A stretch of 64,000 nucleotides of DNA from Mytilus californianus (Eukaryota): the NCBI RefSeq assembly GCF_021869535.1, contig NW_026262690.1, forward strand, positions 29,946,001 through 30,010,000. The letters run 5' to 3'. A model generated the notes under the pieces. That model was not told where the DNA came from. It worked only from the letters and a program-made list of their open reading frames with translations, and did not search any database. Within the stretch, counting starts at the first letter, position 1. Each line of letters opens with the position of its first letter. Of this stretch, positions 13,241 through 27,140 are shown in pieces. Made by a program: the position numbers and the translations under genes.

Positions 13241-14039
13241 ATTAATCAAAGTACTGAAGTACTGAACATCGGATGACCGCAAGTTCTTGTGGATGGTCAA
13301 AAGCACTTGTCACAGAAACAAATCACATCTCTATACCTGAAATTGAGGTTAATGTACAGAGATATTTTTTTTCTATGACAATTTCGTGCGTGGATGATGA
13401 ATAAATGACAGGAAAGTCAACCTCACCGTAATAACTATTATATTGTAGTGATACAAACCAGTATACACTGGTTTGTTGTTATATATTATATTAATATAAC
13501 AGTTACATGTATATATTATTTTCATCCATTTGTATATCATTCTATTCTACTATTCTAATAATAGTGCAGTGCAAGTGCATGGTGGACACTCTTTTGTAAA
13601 CATTCGATTTTTCTCAAAGATTGGATATGAGTAGGCATTCATATTTTCACGCAAAAAACAATCTTCCATGCAGAGTTACCGGTCCTTGCCGGGATTGTCG
13701 CAAAACGTTCTTGAGATATTCTTCCGCATGCTTCAACACGATTTTTCGGTACGTGTGCATAGATATTATCAATGATTTTTTACTTATATAAATATATATT
13801 TAACGACAAAACATTTTCATATTATTAATTTATGTTCTAAACAAAAATATTTTTATCAGTATTCATTGAAGAGATGTATAAATAACAAACGATAAGGAAT
13901 GTTATTTTGTACTCGTTAATATCCGCGTATTTATCATGTTTATAGATCGGTTAAAAACCCAAAACGAATGTTACGCAATCGAAATCTAGGCGATAGCAAT
14001 ACATTGGAATGCCCTCACGGTCATCGCGATGTAAAAATC
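13241..14039. repeat. Unclassified interspersed repeat, copy 2 (same orientation as 2970-3709)
   Basis: Colinear with copy 1 and carries three short extra segments. Confidence 0.9.
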
Positions 14040-14289
14040 GTTTGTAACCTTAGATTGGAAAATAATATATAAGTATTTTGTATATTCTAAAAAAATTGAT
14101 TGTATCAGAAATTAAGAGCCACATGAGCAACTGTATTTTCAAAGGTAGATAGAAAAGTGATATTGCACAGTTATCTTTAAAATATCAAAGAACTAAAAAA
14201 AAAACACAATACTTTGTGACACACTCGTGATCATCAATCAAAAGAATTTCTGCTTTATTTTCGGTGTATTGACAATAATGATACGTATA

Positions 14290-14433
14290 ACAATTGTAGC
14301 CTTTGTACGAGGTTGATACGAGAATATATCTACCAAAAAATTCATATCAACCTCGGACTCGCCCTCGGTCGATATACTTCTTTCAAGTCAATATACTATC
14401 CAGCCATCGATCTCATACAAAGTCTATAATTAT
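14290..14433. mobile_element. Small MITE-like element with imperfect ~22-bp TIRs
   Basis: acaattgtagcctttgtacgag ... ctcatacaaagtctataattat, with a central cctcggactcgccctcgg hairpin-type motif. Confidence 0.55.
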
Positions 14434-14445
14434 ATTATATATAAA

Positions 14446-14811
14446 AATAAGAAGATGCGGTATGATTACCAATGAGACAACTCTCCACAAGAGACCAAAT
14501 GACATAGAAATTAACAACTATAGGTCACCGTACGGCCTTCAACAATGAGCAAAGCCCATACCGCATAGTCATCTATAAAAAGGCCTCGAAATGACAAATG
14601 TAAAACAATTCAAACGAGAAAACTAACGGCCTAATTTATGTACAAAATAATGAACGAAAAACAAATATGTTACACAGCAACAAACGACAACCACTCCTGA
14701 CTTGGGACAGGCACATACAGAGTATGGCGGGGTTAAACTAGTTTGTTGGCGCCAAACCCTCCCACTAACCTGGGAAAGTGGTATAACGGCACAACACAAG
14801 AAAAAAACTAT
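14446..14811 (+). repeat. High-copy mussel-type interspersed repeat (same family as 7955-8257)
   Basis: aagaagatgcggtatgattaccaatgagacaactctccacaagagacc...cctgacttgggacaggcacatac. Confidence 0.85.
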
Positions 14812-14891
14812 GTAATACATTTGATTTTAAATCTTGGTTATGGCGAAACATATATATATATAATATATATAAGTCTAAAGATTTGCGCAAC

Positions 14892-15063
14892 AGTACTAAT
14901 ATAAGATGGTAATATACGAAGATCATGTTATAAAATCGTGTTGACAAGTATGATTTTACACAAACAACTTAAGTATTGTAAAAATTATTGACACTGACGA
15001 AAGCTATTTGTTAGGCCAATATAATTGTCAACACTTCGTATATTACCATCTTATATTAGTACT
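14892..15063. mobile_element. 172-bp foldback/MITE with perfect 30-bp inverted repeats
   Basis: agtactaatataagatggtaatatacgaag at 14892-14921 is the exact reverse complement of 15034-15063. Confidence 0.8.
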
Positions 15064-17949
15064 TAGACTTTTATAATGTTTCCCTTATCTGCGCAGTATC
15101 GTCTATTCTAGACGATCCGGTACATATTAAATTTGCTGGTTGGTCCTTTTTATAGACTTCTTTTTGACTGTCTGAATATGCATATTATATTTGCCACTAG
15201 AATTTAAGCAAACAATATTAAAAAAAAATCAGTTAAAAAAACAGTGCAACTCTTTTATTGCAGACTGTCTTATTTACATCACTTGTCAATGATACTCCAA
15301 TTGGATTGTATGTAACGCGTACATGAGTATCAATGGCCAGTCTTTTTTACACCATTGGTTGGTGCCGTTGCTTGTTGGCTGTATGTCTCGTACACAGGGG
15401 TATCAATAGCGGATCTTATTTACGTCATGGTCGATGCTTGTTGAGCTGTATGTAACGTGTACAAACATTTGATTTGAGCTTTACGTTTTATGCAACTACC
15501 GGTAGTCAGTCTATATAGAAAATATTTGTCGAAGTGCCGCTAAACAGATGTTTGTTTTCTAGAAATTAAAAATCATACATGCATGTCATAATAAAATATA
15601 TCTCGCATATGTACATCCACATTAAAAATATTCATTGATTTTACTATCGTTCAATATAAGATGAATTTATTTAAATCTTTATTGCAAAACAACCAACTCA
15701 TAGAAATAATTGTTGGTACCTTAATTTGACCTTATTGGAAATAAGAGAAGAAACATTTTACACATTTAAATACGACACAGACGTAGTTTGTATAGAGCTT
15801 ATTTGGACACGAACTGTGCGTGTGTATGTACAGTGGAAGATTCGATCTACCATTTCTTGGAATGTCCATTTACATGAATTCAGGTATCAGCTTTTTGAAA
15901 ATTTCTAACACTTTAGATTCATAAAACATCTTTATTATAGAGCTATACTTATATGCAGAGGGATTATGCAAAGGGATGTGTTTAGTCGTTTTGACTTGCA
16001 TCCTATTTTACTGTTTATATAGTCAATAAAATAACGACACAATAAATAACAAAACTGACAAAAAATAAAGCATAGGTACAGTGCCTTCATTACAAGTTTT
16101 TCAACTTAGAGTTAAGCCTTAACCACGAAACAAAAACTAAGTTGAAGGCGATGACTAACTCCGGTTTGTGGTAAATTCTTTCCTAGATGTGATAACGCTA
16201 CACTAGTGCATTGGAGAAAATGGTTAGAGTTAATATTAATGCATGACAGTGTAATCTATTGTAAATTAAATAAGCAGTGATTCTACAACGACAACGTCTT
16301 ATACATATATACATATATACATAAGTAAAGTGTTCTATCATTTGTCATAGGATAGAACAATTCTTACATGGATCGTTCAATCCAGTATTAAGGATCTTTC
16401 AATATTCGCAACCAATATCACTTGAAGTGAGATGTAAGAAATGGAACATTCATACTAAAGCACGCTGTGTTTTCTCCGCGTTGAAGAACATTAGCACATG
16501 TTACATAAGGAATCCGTAAATAAACCGGGTTATAAGAAGATTTTTTTTCTATCTCTTCGTAATATTCCTTGACTTGTTATAAAGTATTTTAGCTTCTATT
16601 TCCGATTCTGTCATTAAATAGCCCGTAAATAATTGTTTGGCTTGTTCTTGTTACGAATAAGCCTATAGAATGGGCTGCAGGGCCATTAACAACTCAATTA
16701 GTTCAAAGATTTTATTTTTTTTATTCCAGATATCCATTTAGAGAAAAGTAAAAGCTTCGAACAGGTCTTAATGTTTGATTTCTAAAAGCAAATGACATAG
16801 AAAAGGGATACTTTTTCTGTAGTCAATTATTGACTCCAGATTCTTCCCAAATCACAATCCAATAGTATTTACATTATTTGACAAGCCATTCTTGTGTGAT
16901 GGTCTTTCTACTACTTAAATATTCATGTACGTCCATTATATGTTATGAATTGACATATACGTACATTGCAACACAGAAGAAATATGAATCAAAATGGAAT
17001 TACTGTGCGAGCCGTCCGATGTCTGGAATCAGACATAATTCAATTCAGTGTTTAAAATAAGGAACTTAAGTAATCATCAATCATTCAGTATTACGACTAT
17101 AGAATTAACGTTATTTACAAAGTACGGTGTCTAATGATAGCTATCAAACTACTTAATGTGGCGAAAACACTTATTAGCATAGTAGAAAACGCATGTAATA
17201 TTTTTCTGAACCACAAAAAATGGCCAATGTATTTACATATTAATGAAAAAAATGCAAAAAATTTGTAAGTGATTTGTGTTTGCACCAGTTAATTCAGACA
17301 ACAAATAGTCTATTGTAATTCCCAAATTCGTATAGTCGATACCATTCATTGGTTTAACAGAGATACGAAGCAGTTTAAACAAAACCTTCTTGCCAACAAC
17401 ACAGAAAACATTTATTAATGCTATTTTAACTCACTTTCAATAAATAAGCTTTTTTCAGTGATACATATCCAAGTAAACTTAAAGTCATATGAAACTTCAA
17501 ATTTAAAAAAAAATCTGAATATGTTTAAACTTTTATATACTTGAAAGGCAAAGTTTTACTCTAAAACAATTGTACGTGAACTTTCTTGTAAAAGAAAATC
17601 CTTTATATTATCAAAATCTTCATAAATGTACTGCTATTGAATTATTGTCTTTCCGTACTCTAATTCGCCGATATTTTTCCGTATGTATACAGTGACCTTT
17701 ACTACGAGACCTCTCGTTAGAACTTCGGTCAACGCACAGCGCAATTCGAGGGGAAACCGTGATAAAAGAATGTAAACAAACGTACACTGGAAGGTAAAAA
17801 GTAATAACGTATTCTTACGTGCATACATGACTTAGTTTAGTATATTTGCATGCATTGGTTCGATAATTTCGATAATATTATAATTACAAGAAACTCATTT
17901 CATATGACTTTTTAATATTAACTAACATTAGAATTTGATACTAATGGAA

Positions 17950-18130
17950 CACTAAACGTTTGACTCTTATGACAAATGGGATTATATGAGTTTTCCTATT
18001 GTCAACTCCCCATTCTCGAGTAGAAATTAACCATTTGCCCAGCTTATGGCGTTAAGTTATCTAATTTAATACATGCTATAGCTGGTTCTCATTATAGAGA
18101 TATAGAGATTTTAGTTTTCACTTTTCACAA
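17950..18130 (+). pseudogene. Penelope-like RT fragment, decayed
   Basis: YDKWDYMSFPIVNSPFSS...AYGV matches the YDKRDDFxFPIVNFPFL...YGVY block seen in the larger copy at about 40.2 kb. Confidence 0.6.
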
Positions 18131-18330
18131 CAAAACTACTCTAGCTATTTAAAGAGAAAGAACGACTGAAATGAGCACGTTACGAGTTTCTTTGGTAGAA
18201 TTGATTATTTCCGCTCCAATTTTGTCGTCCGTTTTATAATTTAACTTTTTAAAAATGTACTAAGCAAGGATATATACTTTAGTCTTTAGTTTTCTGTGTA
18301 ATGTTGTGTAGACTGTTGTTTGTCATTTAG

Positions 18331-19500
18331 TTGTTCTCCCTTTTGGTACTGGGGTTGTCTATTTTGTTGCTCCCCCTTTTGGCCGTGGGGATGTCTATTT
18401 TGTTGTTCCCCCTTTTGGCCGTGGAGATGTCTATTTTGTTGCTCCCCCTTTTGGCCGTGTGGATGTCTATTTTGTTGCTCCCCCTATTGGCCGTGTGATT
18501 GTCTATTTCGTTGTTTTCCTTTTGGCCGTTGGTTTATCCATTTTGTTGTTCTCCATTTTGGCCGTGGTATTGTCTATTTTGTTGTTCTCCCTTTTGGTCA
18601 TGGCGTTGTCTATTTTGTTGGTCTCCCTTTTGGCCGGGGGAGTTTCTATTTCGTTGTTCTCCTTTTTGGCCGTGGGATTGTCTATTTTGTTGTTCTCCAT
18701 TTTGGCAGTGGGATTGTCTTTCGTTGTTCTCCATATTGGCCGTGGGGTTGTCTATTTTTTTGCTCCCCCTTTTAGCCGTGGGATTGTCTTTCGTTGTTCT
18801 CCATTTTGGCCGTGGGGTTGTCTATTTTTTTGCTCCCCTTTTAGCCGTGGGATTGTCTATTTTGTTGCTCCCCCTTTTGGCCATGGGGATGTCTATTTTG
18901 TGTTCTCCCTTTTGGCTTTGGATTGTTTATTTTGTTGTTCTCACTTTTAGCCGTGGCGTTGTCTATTTTGTTGTTCCCCCTTTTGGCCGTGGGGTTGTCT
19001 ATTTCGTTGTTTTCTTTTGGCCGTGGGATTGTCCATTTTGTTGTTCTCCATTTTGGCCGTGGGATTGTCTATTTCGTTGTTCTCCCTTTCGGCCGTGGCG
19101 TTGTCTATTTTGTTGTTCTCCCTTTTGGTCGTGGGAGTGTCTATTTCGTTGTTCTCCCTTTTGGCCGTTGGATTGTCTATTTTGTTGTTCTCATTTTAGC
19201 AGTGGGAGTGTCTATTTCGTTGTTCTCCCTTTTGGCCGTGGGGTTGTCTATTTTTTGGCTCCTTCTTTTGACCGTGAGATTGTCTATTTCGTTGTTCTCA
19301 CTTTTGGCCGTGGGGTTGTCTATTTTTTTGTTCCCCTTTTGGTCGTGTGGTTGTCTATTTCGTTGTTCTTCCTTTTGGCCGTGGGGTTGTCTATTTTGTT
19401 ATTCTCAATTTTGACCGTGGGGTTGTCTATTTTGTTGTTCTCCCTTTTGGCCGTGGATTGTCTATTTTGTTGTTCTCGCTTTTGGCCGTGGCGTTGTCTA
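18331..19500. repeat. Minisatellite, 35-36-bp unit, about 33 copies, inside an interspersed repeat (about 18279-19555)
   Basis: Period of 36 measured from gtct ending at 18360, 18396 and 18432; unit ttgtctattttgttgttctcccttttggccgtggg. Confidence 0.95.
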
Positions 19501-22500
19501 TTTTTCTTCGACTTATGGGTTTTGATTGCCCTTTTGTATTTTCTGCTTTTATTTTGTGAAAAAAGTAAAGAAAAAATGCAGTCCTACATCTCTGTATGAA
19601 TTGCTACAAGAACGTAAAAACAAAGCTTTTGATTGTCCAAGATTTTCTCTTCAGTATGAGTCATTTGGGGTATATGTATGGTTTTTAGGATGAATTGTCA
19701 TTATCTAATTATTATTCAACACTTCATGTAACGTATTGTACACAAAACACATGTATTGTTCGAGACTGTGACTACTGGAACAACAGTATATTTGTGATGT
19801 TGGTATGACAGGTGTCTAGCAACACATTTGTACAATGTATTTGCAGATGGATGTAGCATGAGTGTTCATACATAGGCACGTTAAGGTTTTTTTTTCTATT
19901 TATAAATTATGATTTGCATCTCGTCTATTGTTTATAGTAATAGTATAATATTTTAGGTACGTTTAAACTTTTGTTTTATATCATTACTAGAAGATATTTA
20001 AAATTCTACAGTAATAATGGTTTTATATATAGCATAATTAGCATTTGGAACCAACAATATAGATCTATTAAGCAAGTGACGGCTGCAAGCAAGTTTATGG
20101 GGCACCATATTGTACTAAACTACATATAGTTGCTTAATTACAATTTTAATGTACAGAAACCGTTCAATTTATAGGATTGGTTATTTGCATTTCGTTCGTT
20201 TTAAATCAACATATATTTGCTCTTTTGTGAATTAACTTGATATCTATTTGTATAAGTCAGAGCAGAATGATATAGTCCTTAAATCCGAACCAAGTGTATA
20301 TAAAAAAATTCTTTATTATTATATATATATTTATTTTACTTTTCACTTTGAAAGTTTTCAGATCCATTTGATACGTTTAAAAATTATATTTTATTGATAA
20401 TTGAATGATAAAAAAAAATCGAATTTCTAAATTCGAAATGATCCAATTCGTTTTACCCCCTCTATCCTAGCTACAATTAAGCTATTAATAATTAATGATT
20501 TAAGTGTATTTTTCTAATAACAGCCATGTAGGTAGATAGACATCTCTTTACTTAATAATTAAGATGAGCATAAAAACCGAAAAGACTCAATAGAACAAAC
20601 GACCTATCTATGGTCAACTTTCCCATGAGGAAGATGTAATCTTTATTAAAGTACTATTTTTAATTTTAAAACAAAAATTTTAATGTGAAATATGTATCAA
20701 TTCAATAATGCAGATACACTGGCTACCGACCGGCTGACTTTGGTGATAATACTGTTATATTTTAATCATAGTAACACTTCAGAATTATGTCAATACTTTT
20801 GCACTGGCTACTGATCTGGTAAACTCTACCTATTTGGTAATATTGTGATTATTCTTATCATATATGTATACACAATAATACTTTGACTAAAGTTCTGAAT
20901 CAAAATATGTAGATTTAAGTTAATATCTATTCCGATGCGAAGGCTTAAAAAGACAACAATGAATTATTCATAGAACGTGATGTGATGCCTGCAAGACATT
21001 TTTAAATTACGGAAAATCAGGTTTGGTATTCAATTTGCTAATAAAATCCTATTTTGTAATCTCTATTTTCTTTTGTAAACAACTTAAAAGACAGTTGGAA
21101 ACTTTTGGAATACTAATATCAATGTGTTTTTACTGGTATCAATTACCAAGTTCTAACACTTATAGATTAAGACAATGGTTGAAAAAATTCACAACATATC
21201 AAATATTAAAAGACGTTACAATATGCTGGTCGCATATATTCCAATTAGTTTTAAATACAAGACTCATTGGTATGTGTCGAAACAGGACCTAAATTTTAAA
21301 TCAACATAGGATAGATTTTGATAGAAGCGTAACGACAAAACTATTGCTATATGTGATAATATCTAAACACAATGTGTGCTTCCCATCAAATTCAACTTAT
21401 ATTTGTTACAGTACAGTCTCAATGAGGTCCGCACTTACTAGTAGTTGTCTGTCTAATTTTGAGAACATGAATGTTATTCGTAAAGGAATAGCCTCTCTAC
21501 CCCAAGAAATAAAATATTCAATGTTATAATAGAGAGGATAGTCATTGACAATTTTCTATGACTAGACATGTAATTTTCTACCACTTTTCAGCTGAGATTA
21601 AAGCTATATACGGTTCGGCAAAGTCTGAGTGAATTCAAGACAATTGGCGGAAAGCGATAAAATTGAGAATATGATTGAATCTTGTAGGCATACAATGAAA
21701 AGCGGTATAGTGGAAATATAAATAGTTCATATTTTGATGTTATTCCGTTTAAGGTTGATTTAAGATAATCAGAATGAATTTCAAAATCAACAACATTAAC
21801 GATTTGAACACCATGTTTGCTCTTTCCGTTCAATGAACCTCTCTTCATTCTTCATAAAGCGAAATCACACTTTTAAACCATCCAAATATGAAAATTATTG
21901 AACTGTGGAAATGAAAAAATAAAAATTAATCTGTTCATATATTGACAAACATGTAAATCAAACTCATGTTGAGAACATACGTGAAAGATGACACTTCTAT
22001 CATTGTGACAACGTTAGGATAGTCTGAAAATTTCTGTAATATGCATTCTCAATTGTGAAATTTATAACGATTTGATCGATTTTTTGGCAAGATATTTTCC
22101 ATAGAAACCTTAGAAAAAAACCGAGGTACATTCAAACTTGCTACATTACCGCGTGTTTTCGAACGAAAAACTGACAATTTAGATATTTTGGTATTTATAA
22201 GTTCTTTTTCCCAAAAGGAGGAAAAGAAAGGTTGACATTCGGTCACACTGCATAATAGACCCGTTCAAGATGGTGGTCTCAATTAGTCTCTTTGTCACGC
22301 ATGTGAAGTAGATTTGTTTGTCATGCATGCGCATAATATGTTTTCGGTCGCTTGACGGATGACATCATTGCCGGTTGATGACCCCAAGAATAAACTTTGG
22401 AACAACCATCATTACTTACCACTTTTAAAAGAGGCAACTTACAATGTACCAAATAACTACTTTTATGTCATACTTAGTTTCCCTTGATCGACTGATTCTC

Positions 22501-23074
22501 ATGAAAAGGATGTTTAATTAAAGAACGGCAGATTAAGAAATGCATTCTAGTACATTGATCTTAATCATTGCACATGTCGGGTTTGAAATATTAGTTTAAC
22601 AATTTCTTGTTTAAACACCATTCAGTCACCAAGTTACATCAGAAATTTGTTCGTTTCATTTGAAAAGTGAAATCTCTAAATGCTGTAATGACTTCAAATA
22701 TTACATCGACTTCAGTAAAAGTTCATTCGGTGTCATCAAATATAGCATTGCTTTGATACCTCGGATTAAAGATGCTGTACTGAAAGGAATGCACTGAATG
22801 TATATAACTTGGTTAAAAAGTTAATTTAATCATAACAAAAGTCTAAAGACTATTGTCTACATGTACAGAAAACAACTGTTATTTGTTTATTCTTATACAT
22901 GATTCTGTGTCGGTTCAAAGTCCTGAGTCTGTCAACTAATCCCTTAAACATAAATGTACATTGTAGTGAATTTCCTCTTTTCTGTCAAGCGTCTAAAGGG
23001 GATTAAAACATCGATTAGAATTCGATTAATCCACAAATTAATAAAGAGACAGACGATACCAAAGGGAGAAACAA

Positions 23075-24947
23075 AACTAATATGTCGGAGAGAGAGAGAC
23101 GAAAACACAGAAAACAGGCTATAAAACATCATATACAAAACTAATAAGTCGAAGAGAGAGAGACGAAAACACAGACAACATGCTATAAAACATCATATAC
23201 AAAACTAATAAGTTGAAGAGAGAGAGAGACGAAAACACAGACAACAGGCTATAAAACATCATATACAAAACTAATAAGTCGAAGAGAGAGAGACGAAACT
23301 ACAGACAACAGGCTATAAAACATCATATACAAAACTAATAAGTCGAAGAGAGAGAGACGAAAACACAGACAACAGGCTATAAAACATCATATACAAAACT
23401 AAAAAGTCGGTGAGAGACGAAAACACAGACAACAGGCTATAAAACATCATATACAAAACTAATAAGTCGAAGAGAGAGAGACGAAAACACAGACAACAGG
23501 CTATAAAACATCATATACAAAACTTATAAGTCGAAGAGAGAGAGAGACGAAAACACAGACAACAGGCTATAAAACAGCATATACAAAACTAATAAGTCGA
23601 AGAGAGAGAGACGAAAACACAGACAACAGGCTATAAAACATCATATACAAAACTAATAAGTCGAAGAGAGAGAGACGAAAACACAGACAACAGGCTATAA
23701 AACATCATATACAAAACTAATAAGTCGAAGAGAGAGAGACGAAAACACAGACAACAGGCTATAAAACATCATATACAAAACTAATAAGTCGGTGAGAGAC
23801 AAAAACACAGACAACAGGCTATAAAACAGCATATACAAAACTAATATGTCGAAGAGAGAGATACGAAAACACAGACAACATGCTATAAAACATCATATAC
23901 AAAACTAATAAGTCGAAGAGAGACGAAAACACAGACAACAGGCTATAAAACATCATATACAAAACTAATAAGTCGAAGAGAGACAAAAACACAGACAACA
24001 GTCTATAAAACATCATATACAAAACTAATAAGTCGAAGAGAGACGAAAACACAGACAACAGGCTATAAAACATCATATACAAAACTAATAAGTCGAAGAG
24101 AGACGAAAACACAGACAACAGGCTATAAAACATCATATACAAAACTAATAAGTCGAAGAGAGACGAAAACACAGACAACAGTCTATAAAACATCATATAC
24201 AAAACTAATAAGTCGAAGAGAGAGAGACGAAAACACAGATAACAGTCTATAAAACATCATATACAAAACTAATAAGTCGAAGAGAGACGAATACACAGAC
24301 AACAGGCTATAAAACATCATATACAAAACTAATAAGTCGAAGAGAGACGAAAACACAGACAACAGGCTATAAAACATCATATACAAAACTAATAAGTCGA
24401 AGAGAGAGAGACGAAAACACAGACAACAGGCTATAAAACATCATATACAAAACTAATAAGTCGGTGAGAGACGAAAACACAGACAACAGGCTATAAAACA
24501 TCATATACAAAACTAATAAGTCGAAGAGAGAGAGACGAAAACACAGACAACAGGCTATAAAACATCAGATACAAAACTAATAAGTCGAAGAGAGACGAAA
24601 ACACAGACAACAGTCTATAAAACATCATATACAAAACTAATAAGTCGAAGAGAGACGAAAACACAGACAACAGGCTATAAAACATCATATACAAAACTAA
24701 TAAGTCGGTGAGAGACGAAAACACAGACAACAGGCTATAAAACATCATATACAAAACTAATAAGTCGAAGAGAGAGACGAAAACACAGACAACAGGCTAT
24801 AAAACATCATATACAAAACTAATAAGTCGAATAGAGACGAAAACACAGACAACAGGCTATAAAACATCATATACAAAACTAATAAGTCGAAGAGAGAGAG
24901 ACGAAAACACAGACAACAGTCTATAAAACATCATATACAAAACTAAA
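23075..24947. repeat. Minisatellite, 60-66-bp unit with internal variable (GA)n, about 29-30 copies, inside an interspersed repeat (about 23043-25012)
   Basis: Unit aaaactaataagtcgaa(ga)ncgaaaacacagacaacaggctataaaacatcatatac; flanks agacgataccaaaggga and cacgaaccccaccaaaaaccgg. Confidence 0.97.
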
Positions 24948-26107
24948 ACACGAACCCCACCAAAAACCGGAAGGGTTAGCAAATCCTGCTTCGTATGTGA
25001 CACCCGTCGTGTAATCCCTATGAAATATGTTGTCAAGTTATATTAAGGGATTAGGCATCACGCAATAGTAGATTGGTAATTGATTCTTGTCTAACCCAAT
25101 ACATCGTTTTTCGCGGCAAAGGATCATAGCATAGACAAGACCGGACAAAACGGACATTGAAAAATTAAAAAGGTCAAAGTACAACACGGAAAAACACAAA
25201 CCCCTTTCAAACAGAACTAGGGGTGATCTTTGGTGCTCAAAGTCTAAGCAGATCCTGCTCCACATGTGACAACCGTCGTGTTGCTCAATCGGAGAAAAGA
25301 GGACGGGAGAATGGCTTCGACAATTGGAACATATCCGTGTTTATGTTAAACAAACCGGAGTAATAATTCAAATAAACATTACCACAAGTCGATCAAATTA
25401 GATACTACCCGGTATTTCGTACTTTTATATTTTATCACTATTTCATTGGAAAATGGGAGAAGAAACCATAGGGTCACAAAAAACGAAGAAAATCAAACAA
25501 CACATGGTAAAATGTAAAAGGACGAAAAGAGATAAACAACAGTCCACAAAAACTAGATGAACTCTGGTGCTCCGGAAGGGTAAGAAGCTCTTGTGTACGT
25601 AGCTGAGTGAGTAACAACATCATTAACAAATGTTGCCAATAGTTTACAAGAAAAAAATGCAGAAATACAGACATGATCAAAGGTACAACCACTAAATAAA
25701 AAGATAAAACACCAAATCTTAAAACCGCAAAACAATAAATGCTGAGAGGACAGGCAGGATATAAAAAAAACTAAATACGTGTTTCTTATTTGTTAAATTC
25801 TTTTTTCGATATAATCTTTGTGAACAGTCGATTGAAGTCTTTACAATATAGCAACTCGTTTCGTTGTTTTTTTCTATATAATATTCATTTGGGCTTTTTT
25901 ATTTTCTTTACCGGAGAACAAATCTTGTCAAAAACCTTTTAGATCGGAATAGTCGAAATATTTTGCTGCTATTTTCTGTCTATTAACTTTTCCAAAAACA
26001 TATCAAATGATTAGAACAACAGGCGATAGGAGTTTTGGCACGAGACAGTTTGTTAGGCTGTCTTATTCCCTCAAGGTTTAAGTTCCCAAAGGGAATCATT
26101 GTCAACA

Positions 26108-26387
26108 GCGGATGAATATTAAAATAACTCTTTACTGATGCCCAAGCGGATGAATATTAAAATAACTCTTTACTGATGCCCACGCGGATGAATATTAAAA
26201 TAACTCTTTACTGATGATGCCCAAGGGGAATCTCCCTTTACATAATGCCTTAATGGGGAGCTTTCTAGATTGCCACTATGTAAAAAAGAGATGGGTTTCT
26301 CGTATGCATCATAAGATAACGACTTTAGATACAACGTGATTCCCCTCGGGCATTATGTAAGGTAGATTCCCCTTGGGCATCAGTAAA
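26108..26387. mobile_element. ~180-bp MITE (26207-26387) preceded by a 38-bp triplication that includes its left tip
   Basis: TIR tttactgatg(atg)cccaaggggaatct...acataatgcc versus ggcattatgtaaggtagattccccttgggcatcagtaaa; 38-bp units start at 26108, 26146 and 26184. Confidence 0.75.
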
Positions 26388-26569
26388 TTTCCTGCACACC
26401 AATACGAATACTTTATTAAACCGAGCATCGGTCCATAAAGGGCACGTTACATATAATGATTACAATAAGACATAAGTAAAGACACAATAATCTATTATGA
26501 TTATTCTTACCGAGTTACCGTGATGCATATGTCTATTTGTCCACATGAAAGGAGCCAAAAAAATCTGTT

Positions 26570-27140
26570 TTATGTATTTAGGTTTTAAAAATTATTACAT
26601 ATTTTTAAGGCAAAATCTAACATAACTTTTTTCGAATACTGGATATTCCATCAGAAAATGAATTTCATCTTCAATTGAATTTAAAGAACAAAATTCACAA
26701 ATTCTTTAATCTTTGTCAATCTTTTTATGACGACCCTACTCAATAGCTAATTTATAAGCACTAATTCTCATTTGTGTGAGGTGTTTTCTAGTTTCAAAAT
26801 TCTTTAAAACATTTAGATGAGTCTCCCTTTTGAAAATATCATTAAATTTGAAATAAGTTCGTAAATTACCCTTTTTCACAGTAGCATTCAGTAAAAGATA
26901 ATCTTTTAAAAATTACATTAACCTTTCAATGTAAACATCTTTAATCTCGTTAGCATTAAGATTAATACCTACTTTCAAGTGTTGGCAATAAAAACAATAG
27001 AAGAATACTTTGTTTGTATACCATTCTGCTGTATATCAGTGCTATCTGTGAGAGTTTGACTTAACAAATGACGGGCATACATGTCTTTGATTCTACAGAA
27101 ACATTTAATTAGTGAACAAATAATATCAATATGAATTTGA
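26570..27140 (-). mobile_element. CR1/L2-group LINE 3' remnant
   Basis: Minus frame KGNLRTYFKF...RKHLTQMRISAYKLAIE*GR...RICEFCSLNSIEDEIHFL, the typical C-terminal tail of ORF2; contains stops. Confidence 0.75.

Noticed and set aside
18320-19599. Long Cys/Trp/Pro-rich and hydrophobic ORFs (up to 366 aa)
   Set aside because: Translations of the 36-bp minisatellite; open in several frames, with no splice or start context.
22050-22400. Promoter-like patch (caagatgg, gcatgcgc) with a short minus-strand ORF
   Set aside because: No linked exon or element boundaries could be defined.
22944-24754. Repeating MYMMFYSLLSVF ORFs resembling multi-TM proteins
   Set aside because: Antisense read-through of the 60-66-bp array.
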